Assembly (NCBI GenBank): GCA_963709405.1
Contig: CAVPXM010000051.1
Location: 1 to 39,227 of the forward strand
From: an uncultured Nitrososphaerales archaeon
GTDB taxonomy: Archaea; Thermoproteota; Nitrososphaeria; Nitrososphaerales; Nitrososphaeraceae
Length of the DNA: 39,227 bases
Direction: 5' to 3'
Below are positions 22,297 through 32,442 of the stretch, one piece after another. The notes under the pieces are model-generated. The model did no database searches and was not told where the DNA came from. It worked only from the letters and a program-made list of their open reading frames with translations. Numbering within the stretch: the first letter of the stretch is position 1; each line of letters begins with the position of its first letter. A program made the translations under genes and the position numbers.

Positions 22297-22593
22297 CAAT
22301 GGAAGCATAAAACATAGGCAGTCATAAGATCTAAATGAGCGAGAGGAGTTGGTTGGAAGGGATCATTAATACCAAAAGCAACTTCCTCTGATCGTCATCG
22401 AACCAACAGAGTAATTATTCAGTACAGAGACTTATATCTCTGAAAGATCCTCAATCAGTAGTTATATCGAAGATATCTTTTGTTCACCAATGTCCTTCCC
22501 TCTAGGCTCCGCAGCTGTAGTACTTCACTAGGAGGGGGCCGTTATGACTGAAGTCGATTACTTACCAAAGCTGAGGCCCCAGGAAGAAGACTA

Positions 22594-23758
22594 AGTGAAG
22601 TGTCTAAGTTTATGTCGTTATTCATTCATTACATAACGTAGATTTCGAAATAATTATAGCTTGGGACAAATCATATTTTCATTCTGTGAATCATCGTTCC
22701 AAACTCATACTTACCATACTACAGAAGAACAAGTTAAAGTCATTTATGAAGAATACGAATAACAAAAAGGAATACCGCAGGTTACTGGCTATACTCCAAA
22801 AAGTTGAAGGTAGATCTTATGAAGATATAGCAAATGAACACGGAGTCAGCAGCAGGTCTGTACAAAGGTGGATTGCTGCATACATTAAGAAAGGGATTGA
22901 TGATGGAGTAAGGATGAAGAAACCTGGTGGATCGAAGTCCAGCATAACAGACGAAAACAAAGAGATTATTCTATCAGCATTATTTAACGATCCTCATCTA
23001 TTTGGTTATCTTAGAAATACATGGAGTCTAAGGTCACTTGCACGATGTCTTACAGATGAGCTTGATATTCCAATCAGTTTCAAACATCTACAAAGAATAA
23101 CTAAGGATATGGGAATTAGATGCAAAAGACCAAAATTGGAACTATTACATGGAGAGGATTATGAACAAGGGAAAAAGAGAGTGGATAACTACAAGCATGT
23201 AGCATCAGCTCTGAAAAAAAGAGAGTTATAATGGCATTTGAAGATGAAACTACCATAACACAGAAACCTTGTATTCACAAGTCCATGAGTTTTGAAGGCG
23301 AGCAACGAAAGGATAGAACATAATGGAAGTAGAAAGAAGTTCTCCGCATATATATCCATGCTATGGCCTGAAGAGAAATTAATGACGTATGATTTCTATG
23401 ATAGAATGAATTCTACGAGTACTATTGACCATCTGGAGAATCTCAAGAGAAACATTATGAAAAGTGATTGGTGGAAAAGACTCATACTCATATGGGATAA
23501 CGCTTCATACCATGTAAGCCTAATGGTACGGAATTATATCAATGCACAGAAAGAAGAAGACTGGCTGACCATTATTCACCTACCAAAGAAAGCACCATAC
23601 CTAAATCCAAATGAAAGGAAAGTAAACCAGCAGATAAAATCAGATGTGTGTGGGAATAGATTCTATGAACATATAGAAGAACAAAAAACTGCGGTATCAG
23701 AATACCTAAACAAAACATTTGGAATATGGTATGACGACATTAAATATGACACTTGACT
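22594..23758 (+). mobile_element. IS630-family element, second type (1165 bp)
   Basis: TIR agtgaagtgtc...atgtcg / agtcaagtgtc...atgtcg; TA duplication (22592-22593 and 23759-23760) within a CTAG target. Confidence 0.92.
22686..23756 (+). CDS. IS630 transposase with an A7G slippery site and one additional frameshift near 23305
   Basis: HTH ORF A; motifs FEDET, WDNASYH and PYLNPNE. Confidence 0.85.
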
Positions 23759-23854
23759 TAGCATCGGCGGCCTACAATCTCCTTATTTCTAACCTAATCT
23801 CTAAAAATAGGAGGTACATTGGCGTAGGTCAATGTGTTTTTATTTATTTAAAGA

Positions 23855-24148
23855 TTGAATGAGGTTATATATCATACAATCATATATCATATATATGGGA
23901 CCATGACTCCACGAAAATCGCCAGCCGTAAAGAAAACAGCACTCCATGATAGCGGAAAACATACGGAAAGAGTACCCAATAAATTTGACTTGATTCTTGA
24001 AGAATTACAAGCGATGAGAGATTACGGGGATGAAAGGATGGATTTTTCTAGATATAATACCTTAGAAGAACATATGCAACTCTTGGATGAAAGCAACTGT
24101 TGGACGCGTCATTCAAAGAATAATCATAAACTTGTTGCGAATTTATGA
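23855..24148 (+). CDS. Hypothetical protein
   Basis: Open frame with protein-like composition only. Confidence 0.35.
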   Translation: MNEVIYHTIIYHIYGTMTPRKSPAVKKTALHDSGKHTERVPNKFDLILEELQAMRDYGDERMDFSRYNTLEEHMQLLDESNCWTRHSKNNHKLVANL

Positions 24149-25024
24149 ATCAGACACATCAGGTAATTAGAAATGTAACCTATCTATGCAAGTACAACAA
24201 TTAGTCATTGACGCATTTGAAGAGTCGGTATTCTTTGCATTGCAAAGCACACATTTCCTATTACCGTGATCATAAAAATTGGCAATTTTTACTATCCATC
24301 TTTTATCTTACTCAGAGCTAGTCACAGAAGCAATTACGCTTGAACTCAAAAACTTGTTACTGATGTCAAAAGAGTCTGACAGAAATGCCACTGCCTTGGA
24401 TGAAGGCAAAATTCATATTGTGAGATTCTCAAGCGAGAAGCAACGCTGATGCAGTAATGAATTTGATTTATCAGTCTTTAGGATATTATGCAAATGCCAT
24501 AGGAGAGCATACTCATAATCTGAACATACCGCTCCAAGCATAAACCTAACTAGTCCAAACATGACTGCCCTAGCAAATATACCAGGAGAATCGATAGTAA
24601 ACCAAACAGATTATCTCGGTAGCTGAGGGCTTAGCACAGGAGATATTTCTGAGAACTGCATATTTGACAAGCCACAATTATCCTTAGTTATCTGCTCCGA
24701 CTTAATAATCTCTAATAAACAGTTTACGTTCAAGTTGAATCTGAGCACATTTGTTACAGTTATTAGATGTAATATGCCACCATGACGGTAGTTTCGTAAT
24801 CCTGTTGGATACAAAGATTCCTAGTTTGCGACTTAATTCCGAAATAATGTCATTCAAGGACTATTTCGAACATCGTAATGAACAATATGTTCATATTATT
24901 CGTTGACAATCTATACTAATTCGTGATTCGAAAACTGAATTCGAAATTATGCTACAAACTAGTGTAAAAAATAAAATAAAAAAAAATTGAATAGCGAGCT
25001 TGGCTTCGTTTTGTTTTGTTATTG

Positions 25025-25657
25025 TTATCGTTTTAGTAATTCTTTACCGTTCTGATCTATTATAGATTCTACCGTGCCAAATACTGGCAGGCCCTTGAAG
25101 TGGTCATCTGTTTTTGTTCCCTCGATGTTGAAGTTGGCTACATTCCCGTTCAGCAAATGAACAACTATTGGGACAGCTTTCCACTTTACTTTTCCATTAG
25201 TGGTTATATCAGCGATTCCTTTAAAGTCGGTATGATTGCCATTTATTAGTGCTATTTGTTCACTGTGACCAGGCAATACCGCACCAGTTGCATTTCTCAA
25301 GATTTCGATTGTATGATGGTGGGCTCCTTTACCATCAATCTTTGACATCACAATATCAACAGCTAGGTTCGTTAAATTTCCTTTACTTACACCCAACTCC
25401 CAATCTCCCCCTAGAACCCATATTTCTGATGTGTTGCTAGAAGGTCGTCCTGCTAATGTATCAGAGGCTAAACTAGATATCTGACCCTTTGCTCTGAAAG
25501 TATCAACATTTGTGGTATTGGTAGTAGTATTATTACCTCCTTGAGTCTGTGCTAATGCTGGACTGTTATCGTTGAATATTGATGTCACTGCAGTCACACT
25601 CATTAAGGATATGGCTATGATGGCCGCAGATAAAATCGCTATTTTAGTCCTACTCAT
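25025..25657 (-). CDS. Secreted hypothetical protein of a type common in Nitrososphaerales
   Basis: Signal peptide MSRTKIAILSAAII...ALAQ, N/T-rich linker, W.LGGDW, HHH and HFKGLPVFG; T-rich tract downstream on the minus strand. Confidence 0.75.
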   Translation of the reverse strand: MSRTKIAILSAAIIAISLMSVTAVTSIFNDNSPALAQTQGGNNTTTNTTNVDTFRAKGQISSLASDTLAGRPSSNTSEIWVLGGDWELGVSKGNLTNLAVDIVMSKIDGKGAHHHTIEILRNATGAVLPGHSEQIALINGNHTDFKGIADITTNGKVKWKAVPIVVHLLNGNVANFNIEGTKTDDHFKGLPVFGTVESIIDQNGKELLKR

Positions 25658-26301
25658 GTCTGGAGATATGATAGAAGATCCAGTTGTCATCAAATGATCA
25701 ATACTACTATAAACTATAAGAATATTCATTCATTCAATAAGATAGGACATATCTCTACTAATTATAGACAAATTGAGCTGAAGAATTTCTGCCATTTCAG
25801 TTTGAGAATTACTCTTACTTATCATCTCTAACACTTTAGCTCCGCTCTACTTGAGTTTTGGGCTCATTTATTGCACTTATTCCCGCTCATTTGGTATCGA
25901 GTTTCAGAACACTTGTTTATTTATACTAAATAGGGACCTGGACAAAATCAATCTACTCGAAAATCTATGTTAAATTGTATATGCGTCTATACTGATGTTA
26001 TAGACGCGTAGCAGAAAACTTCTTACGTCCTAGTAGAAGAGAAGATGAATATCATAAATTAAACAAGAAAGGAGAACTACAATCCATATTCATGAACTAG
26101 ATGTGCTTGCATCACTAGATAAACTTCAGACTAAAAAATACCGACAAATACTATAAGAATACAAGATAGTTACAAGGCTACTTTTGGAGATCTCACCCTC
26201 ATTTTCCAAGAAAGTTACGTGAAACAAACTAAAACAAATTATGATTCCACTCCAAAACATATGGTCTTACGGCATCAGCATGCTGTGGTGTTATCAAGAT
26301 G

Positions 26302-27998
26302 TTATGGCAGAACTTCCAGGTGGCCTATCATGCTGGGTAGATCATACCTACAATAGTATGTAAAACCACCTACTGTATCAGCCATGAAACTAAATGTTGC
26401 ATTCTGCCCACCTGCTAGATCATGATCCATCTTGTAAGGCGATTGCATACTGAATGTGTGTCTGTCTCTAGCTTCATCTGCAGTATTGTAGAAATGAATT
26501 GTAACGTTATCTCCTTTATGCACTATAATATTTGTCAGTGTGTATACGGCGACTGGCACGCCAAGGTTAGATTCGTCAGCGTTCAGTTCTTGGGTAAAAA
26601 TGTAATATTCATTTGGCTTTAGCCCTAGTGCACTAACCTCCTTAACAGTTATGTAAAGAATATGTAATGCTCTTCTGTAAACTAACAGTGCTCGTTCAGA
26701 TACCATAACACCTTTAGCTTACTCTCTTTTAAATTATCAGCATGAGGGATACATTCCTCAGATTGCTTACAAATAATGAAAAGAATAGGTTACATGATAG
26801 CATACTTGAGGATAGAGAATCTGGATACCGTGCAAAGATTATTCTTCTTAAGGATGATGGATACACAGTTCCTGAAATAAGGAAGGCAACTAACCATCAT
26901 GATAGCAACATAAGAAAATGGATTCATCGTTTCAATGAAAAAGGTATAGATGGAATAGCATCAAAAATACACAAGCATAAACCAATCAAAATATCTGACG
27001 ATATGGAGAATAAGATTGTGGAGATAGCAACCAAAAATTCAAGAAAAGATTATGGATTACCATTTTCCACATGGTCATTAAGAGTACTAGCAGGATTTGT
27101 CTCCAAGGAGATGAGCCTTGTAGATGCTATCAGCCACACCGAGGTTAGAAATATCCTCCTAAAACACGGAATAAAATATAGGCAGTCAAAGATTACTCTG
27201 GGATACAGCCTAGATCCTGAATATCATTTGAAAAAAAGAGAATTGAAGAACTAAGATACAGTAACCTGTCTTCTGACTCAGTACTACTCTACGAGGATGA
27301 GAAAGGACCGATAGTAGCAAAAACATATGGCGGTACATCTTGGTCCTCTACACAGTCTAAGGTATCCAAAGCTCAAAAGACAAAGGGAATTCTAAACGTG
27401 TTTGGTATATACGATTATACCAATGATCAAATGTGGACGCATGGCTACAAAAAGAAAACCGGAAAACAGTTTTTAGATTTTATCAAAAGAATGGACCAAA
27501 AGTATGACGATAGTATCAAGCAGATATTTCTGATACTTGATAACGCATCGATACATAAATCAAACAAGGTGAAAGCAGTATTATCCAAATATCATCCAAG
27601 GATACACCTTGTATTTCTTCCCACCAGATCACCCGAGCTCAATCTGATAGAGGTAAGATGGCTATGGATGCAACGACAAGCAATAAACAATTCCACCTTT
27701 CAAAATGAACGTGATATAGGTAAAGCAGTATCTGATTGGGCATGTGATTATAATAAAAACATAGAGGCAAAACTAGTATAAACAGTTTACATGGAGAAAG
27801 CATCTACATGTTTACATAACTCTTAACTGATGGCTGGGCCGCAGCAATCTTCATCACCCCAACCGGCATCAACAGTGTCAGACCTAAACTTAGTGTCAGT
27901 GTGGCCACAAGTATAAGTGCAACTGGCATCGTTAAAATCCTCCTCATTGCCATAACACATGCGGAACAAATGTATTTATTAAGCATATCTATGCTCAT
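26302..27998 (-). pseudogene. Secreted cupredoxin-domain protein split by IS630 copy 2
   Basis: Removing the IS and one TTAA restores AAAQPSVKEVSALGLKP; VHKGDNVTIHFYN, RHTFS and YYCRYDLPSM. Confidence 0.88.
26646..27822 (+). mobile_element. IS630-family element, copy 2 (1177 bp; transposase 26742-27781)
   Basis: Same TIRs as copy 1; TTAA at 26642-26645 and 27823-27826; only one difference from copy 1 was seen (GAA/GGA). Confidence 0.95.
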
Positions 27999-28481
27999 TG
28001 AACTCTAGATATTACAAAACGTATTCCGTTTAGGAGTATGATCCACGGCTGAATGGAAATTGAATCTTCCTCATCCATATAGGCAACTCTGAATTCGTTG
28101 CATTTTTGCACCACCAAGACTTCTGGGATAACGGTAGTGTTTCATTTCGTATGGAGATTATTCCCATATTGAGAAGGACGTCCTTGTTTTTCTATACTGT
28201 CCCTCTTTTAGGCTCAGGGCATACTGCAACCACATCCTCATTCCTATCTTATTATGATATGGTGAGGTTTATGCGTTATGATAATATCAAATCTGATTTT
28301 TTTCAGTTACAGGCTATATTATATGAGTTTTTACAATAGATAAATAAGTTGCAGGTAAATAGCTAGCCATTATTCCTCTTTATACTGTTCTTCCAAATTT
28401 GATGCATGTGGAAATTATTTCATTTAACAACATAACCTGAACGATGAGTGATAAAATATCGAGTCGATACTTTTATATCAG

Positions 28482-28872
28482 ATGAAAAAGGTTACGAGAA
28501 AAACAAAGAATAAATCAAAAATAATGTCAATTGTTGCTATCACAATTGCAGCGACACTCTTCGCGTCATCAATCGCACTTGCAAGCCCTGTGTTCGCAAA
28601 GAAAGATAGTAGTAGTAGCAACAGTGGAAGTAGCAGTAGCAGTAGCAGTAGCAGTAGTTCATCCGAGTGATTATGATAAGTTCCAGAAGTGTCTATCCGA
28701 TGCTGCGACAGGTGGTTCTGCGACAAAACAGCAAATAAAAGATTGCTTTGATTCTACATATGGAGGCGGTAGTAGCAGTAGCAGTAGCAGCAGTGGTAAT
28801 ACCGACAATTCTGGTGGCAGCAGTGATACAGGCAATAACCCAGACAACAATAATAACAAAGCCAACAATTAA
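28482..28872 (+). CDS. Secreted Ser-rich protein with a two-Cys core; +1 frameshift near 28663
   Basis: Leader ending PVFA, poly-Ser, DYDKFQKCLSDAA...IKDCFDSTY, then a second poly-Ser/Asn tail. Confidence 0.75.
28608..28658 (+). repeat. (AGTAGC)n coding microsatellite; second tract at 28771-28794
   Basis: Direct reading of the sequence. Confidence 0.9.
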
Positions 28873-29091
28873 TAAAAGTCGAGACATATGATAGAGTATT
28901 ATCTATACTCCTAATTCTTTTTTATTTTCTTCAAACTCGTTCTATGACTGAGTTGTTAAATGGTCTTGTTTAGCAGAAATAGCCTACCGCTCATGCTGCA
29001 TAGATAATAATATTTTAGCTTTTTCTATTTCCTTTCTTGCTTTTAAGTTTACTTTATAATTCAAGTTCCGTGGCATTTCCGTTATTGTTTA

Positions 29092-29458
29092 CTACTTTTT
29101 TTCAAAGATTCTTTCTTTATTAGTTGTCGTAGAGCTTACATCTGCAGTAGTAATATTTGTATTTCTTGCAAAATCTAAGAAATCTTTAATCCATTTCTTA
29201 TAAGCATCTATACCATTTTTGGTTATCTTATAGAATGTGAGATTGGAAGAAGTATTTACCGATATAATGTATCCATTCTTCTCAAGTGAATTTATCATGA
29301 GATTCACTCTATCGGGTCTCTGTTGTTTAATACTTCGAATATTTGTCACGATGTTATATTTACTTACGGGTATTTTTGTGAATTTGTATAGAGATATTCA
29401 AGGATTGAAAGCATAGTGTATTCTGATGAGAAGCGATTTTTCTTCTTCTGCCTCTCAT
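29092..29458 (-). CDS. Winged-helix DNA-binding protein with 5' frameshifts
   Basis: MRGRRRK..SSEYTMLSILEYLY..IPVSKYNIVTNI...LEKNGYI...YKITKNG. Confidence 0.7.
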
Positions 29459-29609
29459 TTTCCTTTCCTCTCCTTGAAAACACGATTTTCTTACCTGAGT
29501 TGAGTCAAGTTAAACTTGGAATATATATAAGCAAATTTAGCAATTCAATAATCCAACAATTTACAGTGCTTGCATGGTCATGAAGATAAGCAGACGTTTG
29601 CTCGCCAAG

Positions 29610-29963
29610 TTATCTGGGACTATAAAATATTACTGCTGCACCCGATAACACAATAAATGATCCAATGACTTCATATCTATCTGGTTTCTTTTTGTCTATC
29701 AATACTCCCCAGATAATAGAAGATACTACAAAGATTCCACCGTAGGCTGCATATACTCTACCAAAGTTTGATGGTTGGAGCGTTGGAAGAATACCATAAA
29801 TAAATAAAATTACTCCACCAACTAAACCAAGAATTATCGTCTTCTTTTTCCTTATCCATGACCAAATAAGATATCCTCCACCAATCTCTGCAACTGCTGC
29901 GGTAAAGAATAAAGTCAGGGTAACTATGATTAGTATTACTGTTGATTGACCCAGATTGATTTC
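29610..29963 (-). CDS. ynfA: YnfA/UPF0060 (SMR-superfamily) membrane protein, copy 2; start out of frame
   Basis: Open frame FFTAAVAEIGGGYLIW...PTLQPSNFGRVYAAYGGIF...PDRYE; the ATG at 29973 is off by one base, or a CTG at 29954 is used. Confidence 0.88.
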   Translation of the reverse strand, partial: EINLGQSTVILIIVTLTLFFTAAVAEIGGGYLIWSWIRKKKTIILGLVGGVILFIYGILPTLQPSNFGRVYAAYGGIFVVSSIIWGVLIDKKKPDRYEVIGSFIVLSGAAVIFYSPR

Positions 29964-30316
29964 TTACCACCATTCTTTCTAGGCATATAAAATATCACTA
30001 CAACTCCAATAATTGCAATGATTGCTCCTAAAATATCATAGATGTCAGGAACAACCCTTTCAAACAACCATCCCCAAGCTATGGCCATAATAATAAAGAT
30101 TCCACCGTAGCCTGCATAAATTCGATGGAAGTGAGATGGTTGAAAGGTAGGAATTATCCCATAAACAAACAAAACAAACCCACCCATAACTCCTAAAACC
30201 CAACTCATTTCTTCTCTTAACCATAACCATATTAGATATCCGCCACCAATTTCACATAAACCAGCAAGAAAAAATAAGAATAAACTAATTGAGATATTTT
30301 TTATATTACCATTCAA
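29936..30316 (-). CDS. ynfA: YnfA/UPF0060 membrane protein, copy 1
   Basis: AGLCEIGGGYLIW...RIYAGYGGIF...PDIYD. Confidence 0.9.
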   Translation of the reverse strand: MNGNIKNISISLFLFFLAGLCEIGGGYLIWLWLREEMSWVLGVMGGFVLFVYGIIPTFQPSHFHRIYAGYGGIFIIMAIAWGWLFERVVPDIYDILGAIIAIIGVVVIFYMPRKNGGKKSIWVNQQ

Positions 30317-30427
30317 AGTTGTTAATAGGTTACAAAATGGCTATTATAAGAATCTGATGAAAGATTGCAGCTCAGAGCATTCCATGTTGACTCATGAATC
30401 CAGAAGACAAAGAGTTAAGAGTAGCTG

Positions 30428-30562
30428 TTACTCCGTTTCTGCATGAATATTTATACAGCAGCAAATGTTCTTTATGCAATGCTTGCACATGCGAGGATCT
30501 TTCCGATCAATAATAATGCAATCGGTAGGTGCACATAAGCACTCCGAGCATTTGATATTCAT
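30428..30562 (-). CDS. 44-aa Cys-rich metallothionein-like protein
   Basis: MNIKCSECLCAPTDCIIIDRKDPRMCKHCIKNICCCINIHAETE*, with 9 Cys and 2 His. Confidence 0.75.
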   Translation of the reverse strand: MNIKCSECLCAPTDCIIIDRKDPRMCKHCIKNICCCINIHAETE

Positions 30563-30628
30563 ACATAACACTTCCGATTACCGTTATTAATGATTTTCAA
30601 AAAAGAAACATTGAATTGTATCAAACCT

Positions 30629-31043
30629 TTAGGAAGACCATCGTCTCATCCAACGCAATAGGTATACTATAGATTCTACCAACTCTTGCCCTTTATTTGT
30701 TAATCTATATTCTACTCGCGGTGGGATTTCGTTGGATGTTTGTCTTTCTAGAATTTCACTCTTATCAAGTTCCTTTAGCCTTTTCGCTAAAGTCTTGCTA
30801 CTAAAACCCGTCAATGTATTCCTGAATTTAATATATCTAACAGGAGTGGTGGTGCAACACAATGGTATTAGAATTTTGAGTTCCTCTCTTTGTAATTATC
30901 TTACGTAGTTTAGCAGTCTCTTTCATAAGAATATCGGGTTCATATCCATTAAAGTCACAATTTTGAATATCTTGAACAAGTGGTAATTTTGTCCTTGCTT
31001 TTACTGATTTTGCTCTTCCAGTTCTGTTCCCTTTTGTTTCCAT
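30629..31043 (-). CDS. HxlR/DUF24-family winged-helix regulator with one frameshift near 30878
   Basis: SSKTLAKRLKEL...EIPPRVEYRLTNKG; the two ORFs join as ITKRGT..ILIPLCCTT. Confidence 0.88.
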
Positions 31044-31114
31044 AACTACACTTACTTTACTAAACTTCTCTTGACAACTTAAATAGTTTCTCTTGTAAAC
31101 ATATCTTACTAATC
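31044..31114. promoter_or_regulatory. Divergent promoter region with a TATA-like box flanked by direct repeats
   Basis: cttaaata at 31078-31085, about 30 nt upstream of the arsM ATG; ttctcttg at 31066-31073 and 31088-31095. Confidence 0.55.
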
Positions 31115-31906
31115 ATGTATAAACAAGATATTAAAGAAAAAGTCAAAGAAAGATATGGAAAGATAGCATTATTAGGTAATGTTGATTCTTGTTGTATGCC
31201 TGGAGAATGTTGTCAAGTAAATGATGACGATAATACCTTCACCTCACCTATACAATCTTCAAAAATAATTGGATACGATGCAAATGAACTAGAATCAATT
31301 CCACAATCTTCCATTCTTGGAGTTGGATGTGGTGCTCCAACAAAGTTTGCACATATTAAAGAAGGTGATCTAGTAGTGGATTTAGGTTCTGGGGCTGGCA
31401 TAGATGTTTTTCTGGCTGCTAAGAAAGTTGGTAAATCAGGTAGAGTAATTGGTATTGATATGACAGACGAAATGTTAGAAAAAGCAAGGAACAATGCGAA
31501 AGAAAATGGTTATGTGAATGTAGAGTTTAGAAAAGGAGACATAGAAACAAGAATACCTGTAGAAGATAATAGTGTAGATGTTGTTATTAGCAATTGTGTT
31601 ATTAATCTGACAAATAATAAAATTAACACATTCAAAGAGGTATATAGAATTCTTAAACCCAACGGAATCGGCAGAATGATAATCTCTGATTTGGTAACAG
31701 ATAAGGAGATAGATAAAAAATCAATCGATCCTGACAAGTGGTGTAGTTGTATTGATGGTGCATTAACAAAAGAAAACTATCTTGATAGCATTAGAAGGGC
31801 AGGATTTTCTAATGTAGAAGTATTGGAAGAGAAATTATATATGGATGGTGATAATGTGCAAGGCAGAAGAATTACCAGTTTGGTGATAAAGGCAATAAAG
31901 ATCTGA
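31115..31906 (+). CDS. arsM: Arsenite S-adenosylmethionine methyltransferase
   Basis: N-terminal CC pairs, LGVGCGAP, DLGSGAGID, SNCVINL and WCSCIDGA. Confidence 0.93.
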   Translation: MYKQDIKEKVKERYGKIALLGNVDSCCMPGECCQVNDDDNTFTSPIQSSKIIGYDANELESIPQSSILGVGCGAPTKFAHIKEGDLVVDLGSGAGIDVFLAAKKVGKSGRVIGIDMTDEMLEKARNNAKENGYVNVEFRKGDIETRIPVEDNSVDVVISNCVINLTNNKINTFKEVYRILKPNGIGRMIISDLVTDKEIDKKSIDPDKWCSCIDGALTKENYLDSIRRAGFSNVEVLEEKLYMDGDNVQGRRITSLVIKAIKI

Positions 31907-31926
31907 AGGAGAGGAGAATTCGAGTT

Positions 31927-32376
31927 ATGAAATTTTCATTTGGCAGTAGTAGTAAATCAAAGGCAAAGCACACAATTCTTTTTGTATGTATACAAAATGC
32001 AGGTCGTAGTCAGATGGCTGAGGGATTCTTTAGAAAGTATGCTCCCGAAGGCTATGAACCATTAAGTGCTGGAACCAAACCTACTTCAGAAATAAATCCA
32101 ATTGCAATACAAGCAATGAAAGAAGTAGGAATAGACATCAGCAAGCAGAGACCTAAAGATATCACTGAAGACATGATGAGAAACTCTACCAAAATAGTAA
32201 ACATGGGATGTATGGAAAAGGACTGGTGTCCTACCGCGTTCGTTCCTAATCTCGTAGACTGGGGAATAGAAGATCCAAAGGGTAAATCAATAGAAAAGGT
32301 TAGAGAAATCAGAGATGAAATTGAACAGAGAGTAAGAGAATTGACTGTAAACCTACCTAAAGATGTTGACCATTAG
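31927..32376 (+). CDS. arsC: Arsenate reductase, LMW-PTP (thioredoxin-coupled) type
   Basis: CIQNAGRSQMAE (CX5R), SAGT, MGC...CP and DWGIEDP. Confidence 0.92.
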   Translation: MKFSFGSSSKSKAKHTILFVCIQNAGRSQMAEGFFRKYAPEGYEPLSAGTKPTSEINPIAIQAMKEVGIDISKQRPKDITEDMMRNSTKIVNMGCMEKDWCPTAFVPNLVDWGIEDPKGKSIEKVREIRDEIEQRVRELTVNLPKDVDH

Positions 32377-32442
32377 ATGTTTCATCTTTATTAATCCACA
32401 GATTTCAACCTGATTGATTGATTGATTATTATACCTATAGGA

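Noticed and set aside
26642-26706. ORF-track N-terminus of 26302-26706 (MVSERALL...)
   Set aside because: It is read from the IS left end; the real N-terminus lies beyond 27826.
5071-27822. Composite transposon bounded by the two IS630 copies
   Set aside because: Each copy has its own target duplication and splits a gene whose halves flank it, so the insertions are independent.
28478-28887. Minus-strand poly-Leu and poly-Thr/Ala ORFs
   Set aside because: They are antisense shadows of the AGTAGC repeats.
29758-29973. 71-aa ORF MVVRNQ...
   Set aside because: It is an off-frame reading of ynfA copy 2.
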